Positions 37,633 to 47,227 of a stretch of 64,000 nt of DNA are shown one piece after another. Source of the DNA: Candidatus Moraniibacteriota bacterium (lineage in GTDB: Bacteria > Patescibacteriota > Minisyncoccia > Moranbacterales > UBA1568); contig JAQTYF010000001.1 in NCBI GenBank assembly GCA_028688415.1, positions 400,627 through 464,626 of the forward strand, written 5' to 3'. Position 1 is the stretch's first letter. Each line of letters starts with the position of its first letter. Below the pieces are notes generated by a model that was not told where the DNA came from, made no database searches, and worked only from the letters and a program-made list of their open reading frames with translations. A program made the translations under genes and the position numbers.

Positions 37633-39189
37633 CTATAATGAAACAGCCTTGTTCTTTTTCACGAGAGTAAGCAATGTTTGTATGAGACCAAGCGTCAACC
37701 AAAAGAAAATGCTCGTGAGATTGGTTTCCAAATACGGTTGAGCGAGGAATACAACACCCTGATAACAGACAAGGGTGAGCAAAGCCATACGAAGCGCTTC
37801 GAGAAATGGGGATAAAAAAGATATCCGCCATATACGAGAAATCAAATCAAATAAAAATATACTAAGCACAACATATCCGAGTACTCCCATCTGAACAAGA
37901 AGTGCCAACCATGAATTGTGAATATTTCGTATCTCGACGAAATCTCGATACTCCCCTGATTCGACAGGTATCCGCACGCCAAATCCAGTACCAAAGAGCG
38001 GGTTCTCTGACAAAGCAGAAAAAGCACTGCTCCAAGTAGATCCACGCCATGAGATACTAGTATCCGCTGTGCTCCCGATAGACGTGAGACGCAGAGATAC
38101 GGTCTCTACAATAGACTGTACCCGGTGACCGATCGTACTTGTCGGTACGATAAGTGTCAGGAAGAATGCAGAGAACAATAAGACTGATGAAGAAATAAAC
38201 ACAACAAGAAACATTCTCTTCGTTCGTATTCGAAGTGTTCTATCAAACAAAAACACATACGAAAAGATGAGCGATACAAACATGCCGATCCACATATGAC
38301 GCATGAGTGACCCTACGATACCAAATATCCACAAAGCGAGTGCTATCCATAGGACCGCACGATACCGATACTGTTCCCAGAATGTCCCTGTGACAATCAT
38401 TCCGAGTACTGCGAGAGAAAAATAAAAGGCATGAGGAAAAGAGAGAAGACGAACACCTTCTGTCGAGAGCGGTGTGAATTCCGTCCACAACCCTTCCCCT
38501 CGTATCACACCGATGATGATGAATATAATACCAAGCACCACTGCGAACAAGAAATATTTCACCACTTGTTTGATATCAGATTCATTCTCTAGTATCAGTG
38601 GTAAAACGAAGAAAAGCACTCCATAAAACACATAGTTTTTCCATGTACTGAATGCTACTGAAATATCCTCTGTATTAAAACCAATGACGCTCTCAATAAA
38701 ATATATCGATGCCAAAACGAAGAAAAGAATGAGAAATACTGACACTCTGTCGAGAAAAAATCGAGCCTTGCCATATATCATTTTCGCCAACACTCCCACG
38801 TAAACTCCGAACAGAACAATATCGAGAGGGTACAGCTTGATCATCGATGTACCGAATTGAAATGATTCGAGTGTGAAGAAACGTTCAAAGAGAACAGTGA
38901 GGACAATAAGTGACAGCACTCCTGCTTTAGGACGGAGAAGCGAAAGAAAGAACAGTGGTATGGTCGCAAGAAGCATCAATCCTGGTACAAATCCGAATAC
39001 CCATCGTGTCAGAGCAATGAGAGAAAACGAAAGAATAATCAAAAACACCGATCGATCCGTATCAGTTATTTTTTCTTTGATAGTGCGGATGATAAGAGCA
39101 AAATCCATAGAGCAAGTATAATGTATTCTCTTCCATTCTTCTAGAAGAGAAAAAATGAGAAGAGAGACTGACCATTCGTATTGATACAA
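37633..39189 (-). CDS. O-antigen ligase/polymerase-like (Wzy_C) membrane protein
   Basis: 518 aa, >10 TM helices. Large loop with 'IHNSWLALLVQMGVLG' typical of the Wzy_C/WaaL family. Confidence 0.65.
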   Translation of the reverse strand: MYQYEWSVSLLIFSLLEEWKRIHYTCSMDFALIIRTIKEKITDTDRSVFLIILSFSLIALTRWVFGFVPGLMLLATIPLFFLSLLRPKAGVLSLIVLTVLFERFFTLESFQFGTSMIKLYPLDIVLFGVYVGVLAKMIYGKARFFLDRVSVFLILFFVLASIYFIESVIGFNTEDISVAFSTWKNYVFYGVLFFVLPLILENESDIKQVVKYFLFAVVLGIIFIIIGVIRGEGLWTEFTPLSTEGVRLLSFPHAFYFSLAVLGMIVTGTFWEQYRYRAVLWIALALWIFGIVGSLMRHMWIGMFVSLIFSYVFLFDRTLRIRTKRMFLVVFISSSVLLFSAFFLTLIVPTSTIGHRVQSIVETVSLRLTSIGSTADTSISWRGSTWSSAFSALSENPLFGTGFGVRIPVESGEYRDFVEIRNIHNSWLALLVQMGVLGYVVLSIFLFDLISRIWRISFLSPFLEALRMALLTLVCYQGVVFLAQPYLETNLTSIFFWLTLGLIQTLLTLVKKNKAVSL

Positions 39190-39245
39190 ATATTATTCTT
39201 CCACGCTGGTGAAATACTAGTATCTATTCACTACGCTACTCTCCG

Positions 39246-39291
39246 AGAAAAAAGTGTGGCGGATTCTTCTGTTGTTCCAGAAAAATCCGCC
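39246..39291 (-). terminator. Rho-independent terminator downstream of the lipoprotein gene
   Basis: Hairpin ggcggatt...aatccgcc, followed on the minus strand by a U-run (A-run 39248..39253 on plus). Confidence 0.55.
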
Positions 39292-39299
39292 GACTTCGT

Positions 39300-40192
39300 T
39301 TAGTACGGGACAGTCTGTTTTTTTCCACACAGCATCCCGTTTTTGATCGCCCCTTCGTACTGCATTTTCACGATACGGGCAATCATACCCTGGTACCCCC
39401 GCTTGAGTTCAGACTGTTCGTCCCAACCTTTGTCAGAAGCACCGGCAGACATGAGCACGTCAGAGGCTGCGCCCATCGCTGATGAGAACCAGTCGAGTGT
39501 TATCCCGAAGTGACCGTTGCCGATCAATTTCTCAGAAAAACTGAGCTCGGGGTTTTCACGAGCCACACCACGGACGAATTGCTCCGCAAGCGGTGTACGG
39601 ATGTCATACGGCAGTGCTTTCGTACGCACCGTATTCCATCCCGCGAATACTGACGAGAGTCCGCTCTTACCCTCTGTCGCGATTTTCTTCAGTCGCGAGA
39701 TGTCGGTACCACCAGCACGCACCATATCTCTCCGATAGGCGCTATCGGAAGTGAGTTTTTCTGGTCTCTCGAGAGTGATCTCATCACCGTAGAGGCTCCA
39801 GAGTCTCGTCATCCGCGTGTCGGCAAATGCTCCCACCACTGGTTCGTCAATATTTCCTTCGACGATGAATACCAAACGGAGAGCACACTCGGCATAGCCG
39901 GTGTAGAGCGCCTGAGCCGGATACTCTTTTCCAGTCGTCACGCCAAACGCAATTGCGTTGTAGCGCATCCGCAGTGGGTGCATTTCTGCCATCAGTGCAT
40001 CAGGGAAATTCCCGAGCACAGCAGAGAACCGTCCAGAACGGATAGCTTCTGTTTCCCTAATCCCAATAAAACTAATCGGGTCGAGGGAGACTTCCGTTTT
40101 CGCTCCGAATTCATTCGCGACTGCCATGGTGTTACCACCGAGCGTCGCACAGCCTGTCAGCAGAAGTGCCAACAAGAAAAGTATGATTCGCA
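39300..40192 (-). CDS. Lipoprotein, hypothetical (GC-rich island)
   Basis: Signal peptide with lipobox 'LLTGC' after start MMRIILFLL. High G+C. No recognisable domain. Confidence 0.5.
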
Positions 40193-40428
40193 TCATGTGA
40201 TAACTCCTGTAAAATTGAAAGGTACTCTCTGTTTTCGGGATCATTTCTGATACCGCGGGTAGAAGAATGAATCATCACTGTTCCGCCCGCCGTACCACAA
40301 AATCCTGTTTTTTCTCTCCTTTGATAACTGTATATTATACTCTATTTCAACAGAAAAGTCAAGAGCCCACAGATTCCAGTTGGAAAATGTGGGCTCTTTT
40401 TTGGCGATGTTTCTCGCCCATTGTGGGG

Positions 40429-40797
40429 TTACTGCGATTCGAGAGCGCAGCCGTTTTTATTGGTGCATTCGGTCACCACACCTGACAATGTGTAGGGATT
40501 GCCAGCCGGGGTAATCAGTAACCAACGACCACTGGCGTCCTTGACCTGGAACCGGCCACCGTTCTCGGAGACCTTGGACAAGACGCCGACGCCGTCCTTC
40601 ATGGCGATCGGCCGTATTCCTTGGTTCTGGAAATGGACCAAGGTTTTTGCTGGAATACCCGCGACCGTGATGGTCACGTCGTCGCCCGCTTTCGTGGCCG
40701 TGATCGTACCCCCCGAAACGGCGAAGGTTTTGGCAGAAGTCAGGCCAGCGAATGCAACCAAGGCGGTTGCGAGGGAGAGGGAAAGAACTTTGTGCAT
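40429..40797 (-). CDS. Small secreted protein, hypothetical (GC-rich island)
   Basis: Signal peptide 'MHKVLSLSLATALVAFAGLTSA'. SD 'aggagg'. 122 aa. Confidence 0.45.
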   Translation of the reverse strand: MHKVLSLSLATALVAFAGLTSAKTFAVSGGTITATKAGDDVTITVAGIPAKTLVHFQNQGIRPIAMKDGVGVLSKVSENGGRFQVKDASGRWLLITPAGNPYTLSGVVTECTNKNGCALESQ

Positions 40798-40877
40798 GGT
40801 AACCTCCTAGGTTGCACGTTTTGATTCATTGAGTGTGGACACTCAACGGCCCGCAAAACAATTTTTGAGGACTTTCC

Positions 40878-40906
40878 ATATTACACCAAAACAAACGTTT
40901 TGTCAA
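40878..40906 (-). promoter_or_regulatory. Consensus-like sigma70 promoter for the 40797 gene
   Basis: On minus: TTGACA, 17-nt spacer, TAATAT. Followed by a 7-bp perfect inverted repeat ttgagtg-tgga-cactcaa (about 40827..40844) ahead of the RBS. Confidence 0.45.
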
Positions 40907-41127
40907 TAGCTAAAAAATGCCTTAGTATCAGCCTTCTTTTCTCTACAACAAGTAAATGAAAATAAATAAAGCAAAAGGGACGGTCACACATTGTGTAAAC
41001 GTCCCTTGTTGTCATTTTCGAAGCACACTTTTTCTTCACGCCAGGCCTGATATCTCGTATGTTTTCACATTGACGGATACACTTTTTATACACCTTGGAT
41101 CAGAATCAAAAGTTTTGCCAAACCACC

Positions 41128-42636
41128 TTATTCGGGTGGACTAGAGGAAGCTTCCATTATGGCAGAGATGAAGTCAAGTTGACCATCCCTGCTCTTGGCA
41201 TCAGCTTCGCGGACCTTGCCACCGAGCTCAACACGTACGAACGCGCCGACAGTGGTCAGGTCTCCGGAAGTGAGTGGCTGATTCAGATGGCTGATGCCCA
41301 AAGGTACACTCAGCTGTGGACCAAACATCAGCCACTTGTCGTACCGTACTTCGTACGTCGCCTTGAGCCAATGCTGTTCGTCCCAGTTGGTGAACGCCCA
41401 ACCGCCGATCAACCGTTGACGCCACTTGTCATCATCTGAGAGCTTCGTTTCATAGAAGCCAGACAGACTGACGGAGCCACGGTCTTGGACGGGTTGTCCT
41501 GCCCAGGTCGAGCTGACGCTCTGACCGAAGGACTTCCAATATTCACCTACGATACCAGCGAGGTCGCCCTCTTTGTTCAACCGTTCGGTGTAGCCCGCGT
41601 ACGCACCCAACTTGTACCCATTCTGAGTAAAGCTGTAACCTGACTCAGGATTTTCACCCCAAGACTTGTCACGGAGCAAACGGAGTTTCAGATCGAATGT
41701 CGTGAGACGGTTCCGATCGTTCACCCAATTTTTCTGGGCACCAAATTGAACGCCGTAACCGAGTTCCTGCCCGTGGTAAGCAGAGGTGAGTGAATCGCCA
41801 CTGCCATACATAGCGTAGAGCCCGGGACCGGCTTGCCATTCACCATTCTGCCAGATGTAGCAAATGGTTTCGCCGTAGAGCCACTGGCCTTGATAGACCT
41901 GATTGGCATGGACGCCGGCACCGGCTTGAGCCTCACAACGTGGCTTGCCTGCTACTTCTGCAGGGGTCACATGAAACGGAGCAATAATCTCCGGCTCTGC
42001 AACAGGCACTTCTTTGGGAGGTACCATGATCACTGGTGGAGTCGACACTACGGGAGTATCGAGCACCCAGTTGTTGCAGTTCCTCACCCAGTGAAGTTTC
42101 CTTCCTGTAGTGAGGACATACGTCCGAGCCAGTACGACCACCGAGCCAGGAGCCCATGCAGTGATGACATTGTGCTTGAACGACACGGAGCCATTCTTGC
42201 AAAATGCCACTGCCTCATAACGTTCCCCTGGTTGGATGAACGTGTTGCGATGTTCACGACGAGTGATCATCGCATGGAGGTCCTGTTTCTCACTCTCTGT
42301 GAGACCCAGACTCATCCACGCCTCTTCGTTTAGAACGTTTGCGGATTTGCCACCACAATTTGTGAGTGGAGCACCGCCGACATGTGTCCAGCGAAACTCT
42401 GCTGGCGACTTGTTCACAGTTTTGACACTGCGCACAGGTACGCTGAGCTCGAGGCGTTGTCCGACAAAAATCTTGGAGCAGTCTCGCAGGCTATTCGCCA
42501 GACAGACCGCTTTCCAATTTTTTCCAGCCACCTTGCTCAATGTATCACCGGCTTTCACCGTATACACTTCCGCATTCGCCGTTCCGAAGAAGGCAAACAG
42601 TACCACCAAGAAGGTGGCGATCATTTTAATGATCAT
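41128..42636 (-). CDS. Secreted LysM-domain protein with a large Gly/aromatic-rich C-terminal domain (GC-rich island)
   Basis: Start MIIKMIATFLVVLFAFFGTANA (signal peptide), then 'YTVKAGDTLSKVAGK...' LysM. ~400-aa C-terminal region with alternating aromatic/Gly residues. Confidence 0.55.
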   Translation of the reverse strand: MIIKMIATFLVVLFAFFGTANAEVYTVKAGDTLSKVAGKNWKAVCLANSLRDCSKIFVGQRLELSVPVRSVKTVNKSPAEFRWTHVGGAPLTNCGGKSANVLNEEAWMSLGLTESEKQDLHAMITRREHRNTFIQPGERYEAVAFCKNGSVSFKHNVITAWAPGSVVVLARTYVLTTGRKLHWVRNCNNWVLDTPVVSTPPVIMVPPKEVPVAEPEIIAPFHVTPAEVAGKPRCEAQAGAGVHANQVYQGQWLYGETICYIWQNGEWQAGPGLYAMYGSGDSLTSAYHGQELGYGVQFGAQKNWVNDRNRLTTFDLKLRLLRDKSWGENPESGYSFTQNGYKLGAYAGYTERLNKEGDLAGIVGEYWKSFGQSVSSTWAGQPVQDRGSVSLSGFYETKLSDDDKWRQRLIGGWAFTNWDEQHWLKATYEVRYDKWLMFGPQLSVPLGISHLNQPLTSGDLTTVGAFVRVELGGKVREADAKSRDGQLDFISAIMEASSSPPE

Positions 42637-42804
42637 GATGCACTCCTTTGTTGGTTGATTGAAAAATAGGTCACCGCAAGGCGACCCGACCTGAGTTGCT
42701 TCACGGCACACCTCCTGTTGTTAAAAAACCACCTTGATAATCCGAAATAGACTATCTCAACTGCTTTTGATTTCTTATTTCAAAAACAGCATGACATATT
42801 CCAT

Positions 42805-43443
42805 TTACTGAAGAGAATTTCCAGAACGAAATTCTTCTTCGATGAGACGCACAGTAAGAGTAAGAAAGAATCCAAGTACGAGTCCAACAAGGGCAATAAG
42901 AGAAAGTTTATATGCTGAAGGATTGGCCTCAATGATCGGTCCAGAAAGTAACCTCACACTCACCTTGTCACTACCAACTCCGAAAAGACTCTCACTTTTT
43001 TCCGTAAGAACAATCGTAATTGCTTGAGATACTCTGGAAACTTCGCGTTCACTCGATCCCGAAAGAACAACCTTCATAAAACCAAGTTCTGGATTTTTCT
43101 TCACTTCAAGCATTTTGGACCATTTTTCGAGACGATTTTTCTTATCTTTTGGCAAGAGATTTGCATCAATGCCTCCTGTCTCAACGACTGCATCGATGAA
43201 ACTTTCAGCATACAAAATCTCGCCTAAGACACGACTCATATATTCCGCGGAACGTGTCGCAGTATAATAATCCTGACCGTCCTGTGTCGATGAAATCATA
43301 AAATCGGCACTCGATTGATATGGGGCCTGCAAAACAAATGTTCCAACAATGCCAACCAAAGCAAAAAGTGTACCAAGAAACAACCCTCGAGAGAGGCTTT
43401 CTTTGACAAGTGTCCACAATCCTTTTTTTCGAAGAAAATTCAT
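42805..43443 (-). CDS. Wzz/PCP-like polysaccharide chain-length determinant (small form)
   Basis: Start at MNFLRKKGLW. TM1, a ~150-aa extracytoplasmic region, and C-terminal TM2 'LIALVGLVLGFFLTLTV'. Confidence 0.45.
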   Translation of the reverse strand: MNFLRKKGLWTLVKESLSRGLFLGTLFALVGIVGTFVLQAPYQSSADFMISSTQDGQDYYTATRSAEYMSRVLGEILYAESFIDAVVETGGIDANLLPKDKKNRLEKWSKMLEVKKNPELGFMKVVLSGSSEREVSRVSQAITIVLTEKSESLFGVGSDKVSVRLLSGPIIEANPSAYKLSLIALVGLVLGFFLTLTVRLIEEEFRSGNSLQ

Positions 43444-43571
43444 ACTATGAAATATATCTTTTAATAACTGCTTATTGTACCAAGAAATATCGAAAATGTC
43501 AAGTCTATAAAACAAATAAACCCTCTGCTAAAGGGTTTATTGCATCAATAAAGGTATTCTTCAGATGACTT

Positions 43572-44723
43572 CTACGAGAAAAGAGCACCAATTTTCTCTA
43601 AAATACGAAAGTTGGAGAAATCTTTGATAGTGATGAAGAGCATAAGAAGGAGGAGGAGAATAAATCCCACTTGATGAATCATCCCTTCTGTCCGACGACT
43701 CACAGGCGTTCCTTTCAATTTTTCGATGAGAACAAAAAGTATTCGTCCGCCATCGAGAGCAGGAATAGGCAGGATGTTTATAATACCGAGATTGATAGAG
43801 AGAAGCGCTGCAAACTGGAGTAGGTAAGAAATACCGAGATCGCTCATCTGTTTCGTCAGATATACGATACCTACTGGACCAGTCACATCAACTGGAGCAC
43901 CCGTCTGCTCACCGAAAAGTCCCGCTATCATTGTACCAAACGCCTGCAAGATAGCGACGGTTATATTGTATGTTGCTTCAAGTCCGTGCCAGAAAGCGAG
44001 GTACCACGGATAAGCAATGACTGCTGTTTCTGAAAAAGAAATACCGAGACTCCCTTCGGTAGGAGGGTAATCCGTCCGAGGCGTTCCTGAAAGAGTCATA
44101 TCTGTACCGAGACGATTGATCGTCATCTCAATATTTTTTCCTTTATTTTTTTGGATGATATCAGTCACTTGCGCAAGCGATGAGATATGCTCCCCTGCAA
44201 TCGAAAGTACTTCATCTCCGAGTTGGAGTCCCATTGCTTCTGCTGGTGTCCCTTTCTTTACTTCAAGAATCTGAATTTTAGCATCCGGATATTGCGTACG
44301 ATCTGAAGGATCGATAGGCTGTGCCGATCCGAGCATAAACACGATAGAAATCAGTACCCACGCAAGAACAAAGTTCATGAAAACTCCTGCGCCAAGTACC
44401 TTCACGCGTATCCATGCTGGCTTGGAACCAAAACTGTCTTGTTCTTGATTCTGACCATCTTCGCCCTTGATTTTCACAAAACCACCAAGCGGTAGCCAAT
44501 TGAAAGAGTAGACGGTATGAGGGCTCTCCACTTCCTTGCTTCCCCAAATTATTTTGTAGCGTCCTGTGGCATCATCCTTCACTACTCCAAACATCCGTGG
44601 AGGGAAACCGAAACCAAACTCATCAGCTTTGATACCATTACGACGAGCCACAATGAAATGACCAAGTTCATGAACAAGCACGAGAGATCCGAGTACAACG
44701 AGAAAAATGAGGGCGGTAAGCAT
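43572..44723 (-). CDS. rseP: Site-2 protease (RseP-type zinc metalloprotease)
   Basis: 'HELGHFIVAR' HExxH in TM1. PDZ domain. C-terminal 'LNxxP' region ('INILPIPALDGG'). Confidence 0.85.
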   Translation of the reverse strand: MLTALIFLVVLGSLVLVHELGHFIVARRNGIKADEFGFGFPPRMFGVVKDDATGRYKIIWGSKEVESPHTVYSFNWLPLGGFVKIKGEDGQNQEQDSFGSKPAWIRVKVLGAGVFMNFVLAWVLISIVFMLGSAQPIDPSDRTQYPDAKIQILEVKKGTPAEAMGLQLGDEVLSIAGEHISSLAQVTDIIQKNKGKNIEMTINRLGTDMTLSGTPRTDYPPTEGSLGISFSETAVIAYPWYLAFWHGLEATYNITVAILQAFGTMIAGLFGEQTGAPVDVTGPVGIVYLTKQMSDLGISYLLQFAALLSINLGIINILPIPALDGGRILFVLIEKLKGTPVSRRTEGMIHQVGFILLLLLMLFITIKDFSNFRILEKIGALFS

Positions 44724-44764
44724 AAATAAATTAATTAAAAAAATTTGAAATTTATATTTTAAAA

Positions 44765-45322
44765 TTATACTGTGAGTATGTCTTTCTCTTTTTTCTCACG
44801 GATGTCTTCGAGTTTCTGATTATATTCATCCACCACTTTCTGTAATTCATCTTTTCCTTGAAATTTATCATCCTCAGATATTTCACCAGATTTTTCTTTA
44901 TCCTGGATATCTTTCCAGATACCCTCACGAACGGTACGGATAGCAATACGACCTTCTTCGGCTTTGGCGTTGAGCGTTTTGACAAAATCATGACGACGAT
45001 CTTCGGTGAGTGCAGGAAGGGTGATACGGAGGGCGACGCCATCGTTATTTGGATTGAGTCCGAGATCAGACTCACGGAAAGCAGCCTCAATCAGTGCCAA
45101 ACTTCCTTTGTCCCACGGCTGAATGAGGATTTGTCTCGCCTCTGGTATCATAATATTTGCTATTTGCTTGAGAGGTGTCTTTGTACCATAATAATCCACC
45201 ATCAGATTTTCGACGAGACTCGGCTGAGCTCTGCCGGTGCGGATCTTGGATGATTCATTAGCAAAATGTTCGACAGCATTTTCGAAATTCGGTATTTCCA
45301 CAGCAATCAATTCTTTGATCAT
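44765..45322 (-). CDS. frr: Ribosome recycling factor
   Basis: 185 aa, full-length similarity ('IRTGRAQPSLVENLMVDYYG', 'EDRRHDFVKTLNAKAEEGRIAIR'). Confidence 0.9.
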   Translation of the reverse strand: MIKELIAVEIPNFENAVEHFANESSKIRTGRAQPSLVENLMVDYYGTKTPLKQIANIMIPEARQILIQPWDKGSLALIEAAFRESDLGLNPNNDGVALRITLPALTEDRRHDFVKTLNAKAEEGRIAIRTVREGIWKDIQDKEKSGEISEDDKFQGKDELQKVVDEYNQKLEDIREKKEKDILTV

Positions 45323-45343
45323 AGTTATATGGATAAAAAATAA

Positions 45344-46561
45344 TTATTTGAAATTACGAAGACCCAGAAATAAATACTGCGAATCAAATGGATCGTATGT
45401 GACAAACGATGCTCCTCGATCGACATTGAGTCCTGTCGTCATCCATGTTGCTCCATCGTCGACAGATTTATAGAATGCTTTTCCTGCAACAAAGACAATT
45501 TCTTTCGAATTCTTCGGATTGACAGCAATCGAACGAATTGAAAACTTTTTTGCACTTTCAATAATATTGATTTCGTCCCAATATTTCCCGAACGTTGTAC
45601 TGCGGAAAAATCCTCTGCTCGTACCAGCATAAATGACACCTGATCGTGTCGGATCGGGCATGATAGAAACAATACCACTCGGAACTTTATTTTTCTGATT
45701 ACGTTCATTCAAGGTGGATATCTGCTTCTGTAATCGCGTCACTTCTGCTTTATTATCACTTATTTGTGCTTTACGCATTTTTTCTTGGAGAACATCTACT
45801 TCTTTTCGTTTCAGATCTTCCCAATCATTCCACTTGATACCTCCATCGGAAGAATAATAGAGTGTTTTCCCAAAAACGAGCAGATATGTCGTGAAGTTTT
45901 GTTCTGCATCAAAAGCGATATCTGCTACCAAACCGTTGATAGCGTTTCCGACATTCTTCCAGGTCTCTCCACTATCCACACTCTTCACCACTGTTCCAGC
46001 TGCCGTTCCAGCAAAGATGACGTTTCGATCACGAAAATGCTGAGAAAGAGCAGTGACCGCGGTCTGTTGTCCTGGTTCAGTATAGACATCTTTCCATGTC
46101 GTACCTCCATCGTCTGTACGAAATATCTTCCCCCAATCATTGACCATACCAGAAGCAAACATTCGATTATCAGGGTCATTCTTATCGAGAATGAAACTAT
46201 AGATTCTCTTCGGAGGAAAAGGAATGTTCATCCATTGCTCACCATTATTTTCTGTTTTGAAAATACCATTATCGACAGAACTCACATAGATTGTCCCTGG
46301 TTGTCGTGGATGATAGGCGATAGAAAGGATATCAGATTTCGTGATACTTGTTTTCTCATCAATCTGTGATTTGGGAACAAAGTTTTTTCCTCCATCCTCT
46401 GTCTTCCAGAGACTCCCTGGAAGGGCTTTGGTGACAAACGCACTATCCTCTGTGACGACAGGCTCAGTATTGGTATTCGGAGCTGGTCTATTCATACTCG
46501 GAAGCGAACAACCAGACAAAAATATTGAACTTATAAGCACTCCAAAAATCCTTTTTTTCAT
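45344..46561 (-). CDS. BNR/Asp-box repeat beta-propeller lipoprotein
   Basis: Lipobox 'LSGCS'. Repeated S-x-D-x-G-x-T-W boxes ('TDDGGTTW', 'SVDSGETW', 'SSDGGIKW', 'SVDDGATW'). Confidence 0.6.
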   Translation of the reverse strand: MKKRIFGVLISSIFLSGCSLPSMNRPAPNTNTEPVVTEDSAFVTKALPGSLWKTEDGGKNFVPKSQIDEKTSITKSDILSIAYHPRQPGTIYVSSVDNGIFKTENNGEQWMNIPFPPKRIYSFILDKNDPDNRMFASGMVNDWGKIFRTDDGGTTWKDVYTEPGQQTAVTALSQHFRDRNVIFAGTAAGTVVKSVDSGETWKNVGNAINGLVADIAFDAEQNFTTYLLVFGKTLYYSSDGGIKWNDWEDLKRKEVDVLQEKMRKAQISDNKAEVTRLQKQISTLNERNQKNKVPSGIVSIMPDPTRSGVIYAGTSRGFFRSTTFGKYWDEINIIESAKKFSIRSIAVNPKNSKEIVFVAGKAFYKSVDDGATWMTTGLNVDRGASFVTYDPFDSQYLFLGLRNFK

Positions 46562-46620
46562 AATATAAAGAGAAAGATAATACCCATTCAGTATAGCATA
46601 TTTTCTCTCAGACGTATTTT

Positions 46621-46683
46621 CTCAAAAAAAATCAAACTCCTGATGAAAGAGTTTGATATGTGTTGGTGGGTGCGGGGGGAATC
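46621..46683. repeat. 63-nt direct repeat of the tRNA-Lys 3' end plus its downstream hairpin (copy 1)
   Basis: Identical to 46779..46841. Contains the CCA end and 3' acceptor/T-arm part (minus strand) plus the caaactc/gagtttg hairpin. The intervening ~95 nt holds a diverged T-arm-like fragment. Confidence 0.8.
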
Positions 46684-46821
46684 CTCATCGCTCCGACTCA
46701 GAGCCGGGGCGCTACACACAGAATGCTCGCTCGCTCACATTCTACTCACGCCCTTCGATTCCCCTATAAGAAAAAAGTCTCAAAAAAAATCAAACTCCTG
46801 ATGAAAGAGTTTGATATGTGT

Positions 46822-46897
46822 TGGTGGGTGCGGGGGGAATCGAACCCTCGACCGTTGGCTTAAAAGGCCACTGCTCTACCGACTGAGCTACGCACCC
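46822..46897 (-). tRNA. tRNA-Lys (anticodon UUU), CCA encoded
   Basis: Minus-strand fold GGGTGCG...CGCACCC-A-CCA. Anticodon loop CTTTTAA. T arm GAGGG-TTCGATT-CCCCC. Confidence 0.85.
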
Positions 46898-46993
46898 ATT
46901 CATAAAAAGACGTTCTATAAAACGCAATACGATTGTAACAAGGAAAATCTTTATCGTCAACAAGAGATCCTTTCATCTTATTGCCAAATCATC

Positions 46994-47166
46994 AAAAGCC
47001 AATTTTTCATCATCGTTCCACCTCCTGTCTGCCGACAGGCAGGCTCACAAGAGCTCTCAGTAAAACGAAAAAAGAAGCCTCCAATCAACACACTCTTAGC
47101 TTCTTTTTTCGATCTGAGAGCTCTTGCTCAGTCAGTGTGGAAAGGATGTTGAAAAAATTCTTTTGA
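46994..47166. repeat. ~150-nt hairpin repeat, copy A (carries the 20-nt motif as an insertion)
   Basis: Nearly identical to 57943..58087 (two substitutions and one small indel seen by eye), apart from a 20-nt insert at 47024..47043. Internal imperfect ~24-bp stem around a 20-nt loop. Confidence 0.8.
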
Positions 47167-47227
47167 TAAATTGGCCAGATCCACTACAAAGAATTTATAC
47201 TTCAAAATGGGATTGGAGAAACAATTA

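Noticed and set aside
40353-40395. Plus-strand terminator-like hairpin agagcccaca...tgtgggctct followed by TTTTTT between two minus-strand genes.
   Set aside because: No plus-strand gene lies upstream for it to terminate. On the minus strand it lacks a clean U-run. Left uncalled, though it may attenuate read-through within the island.
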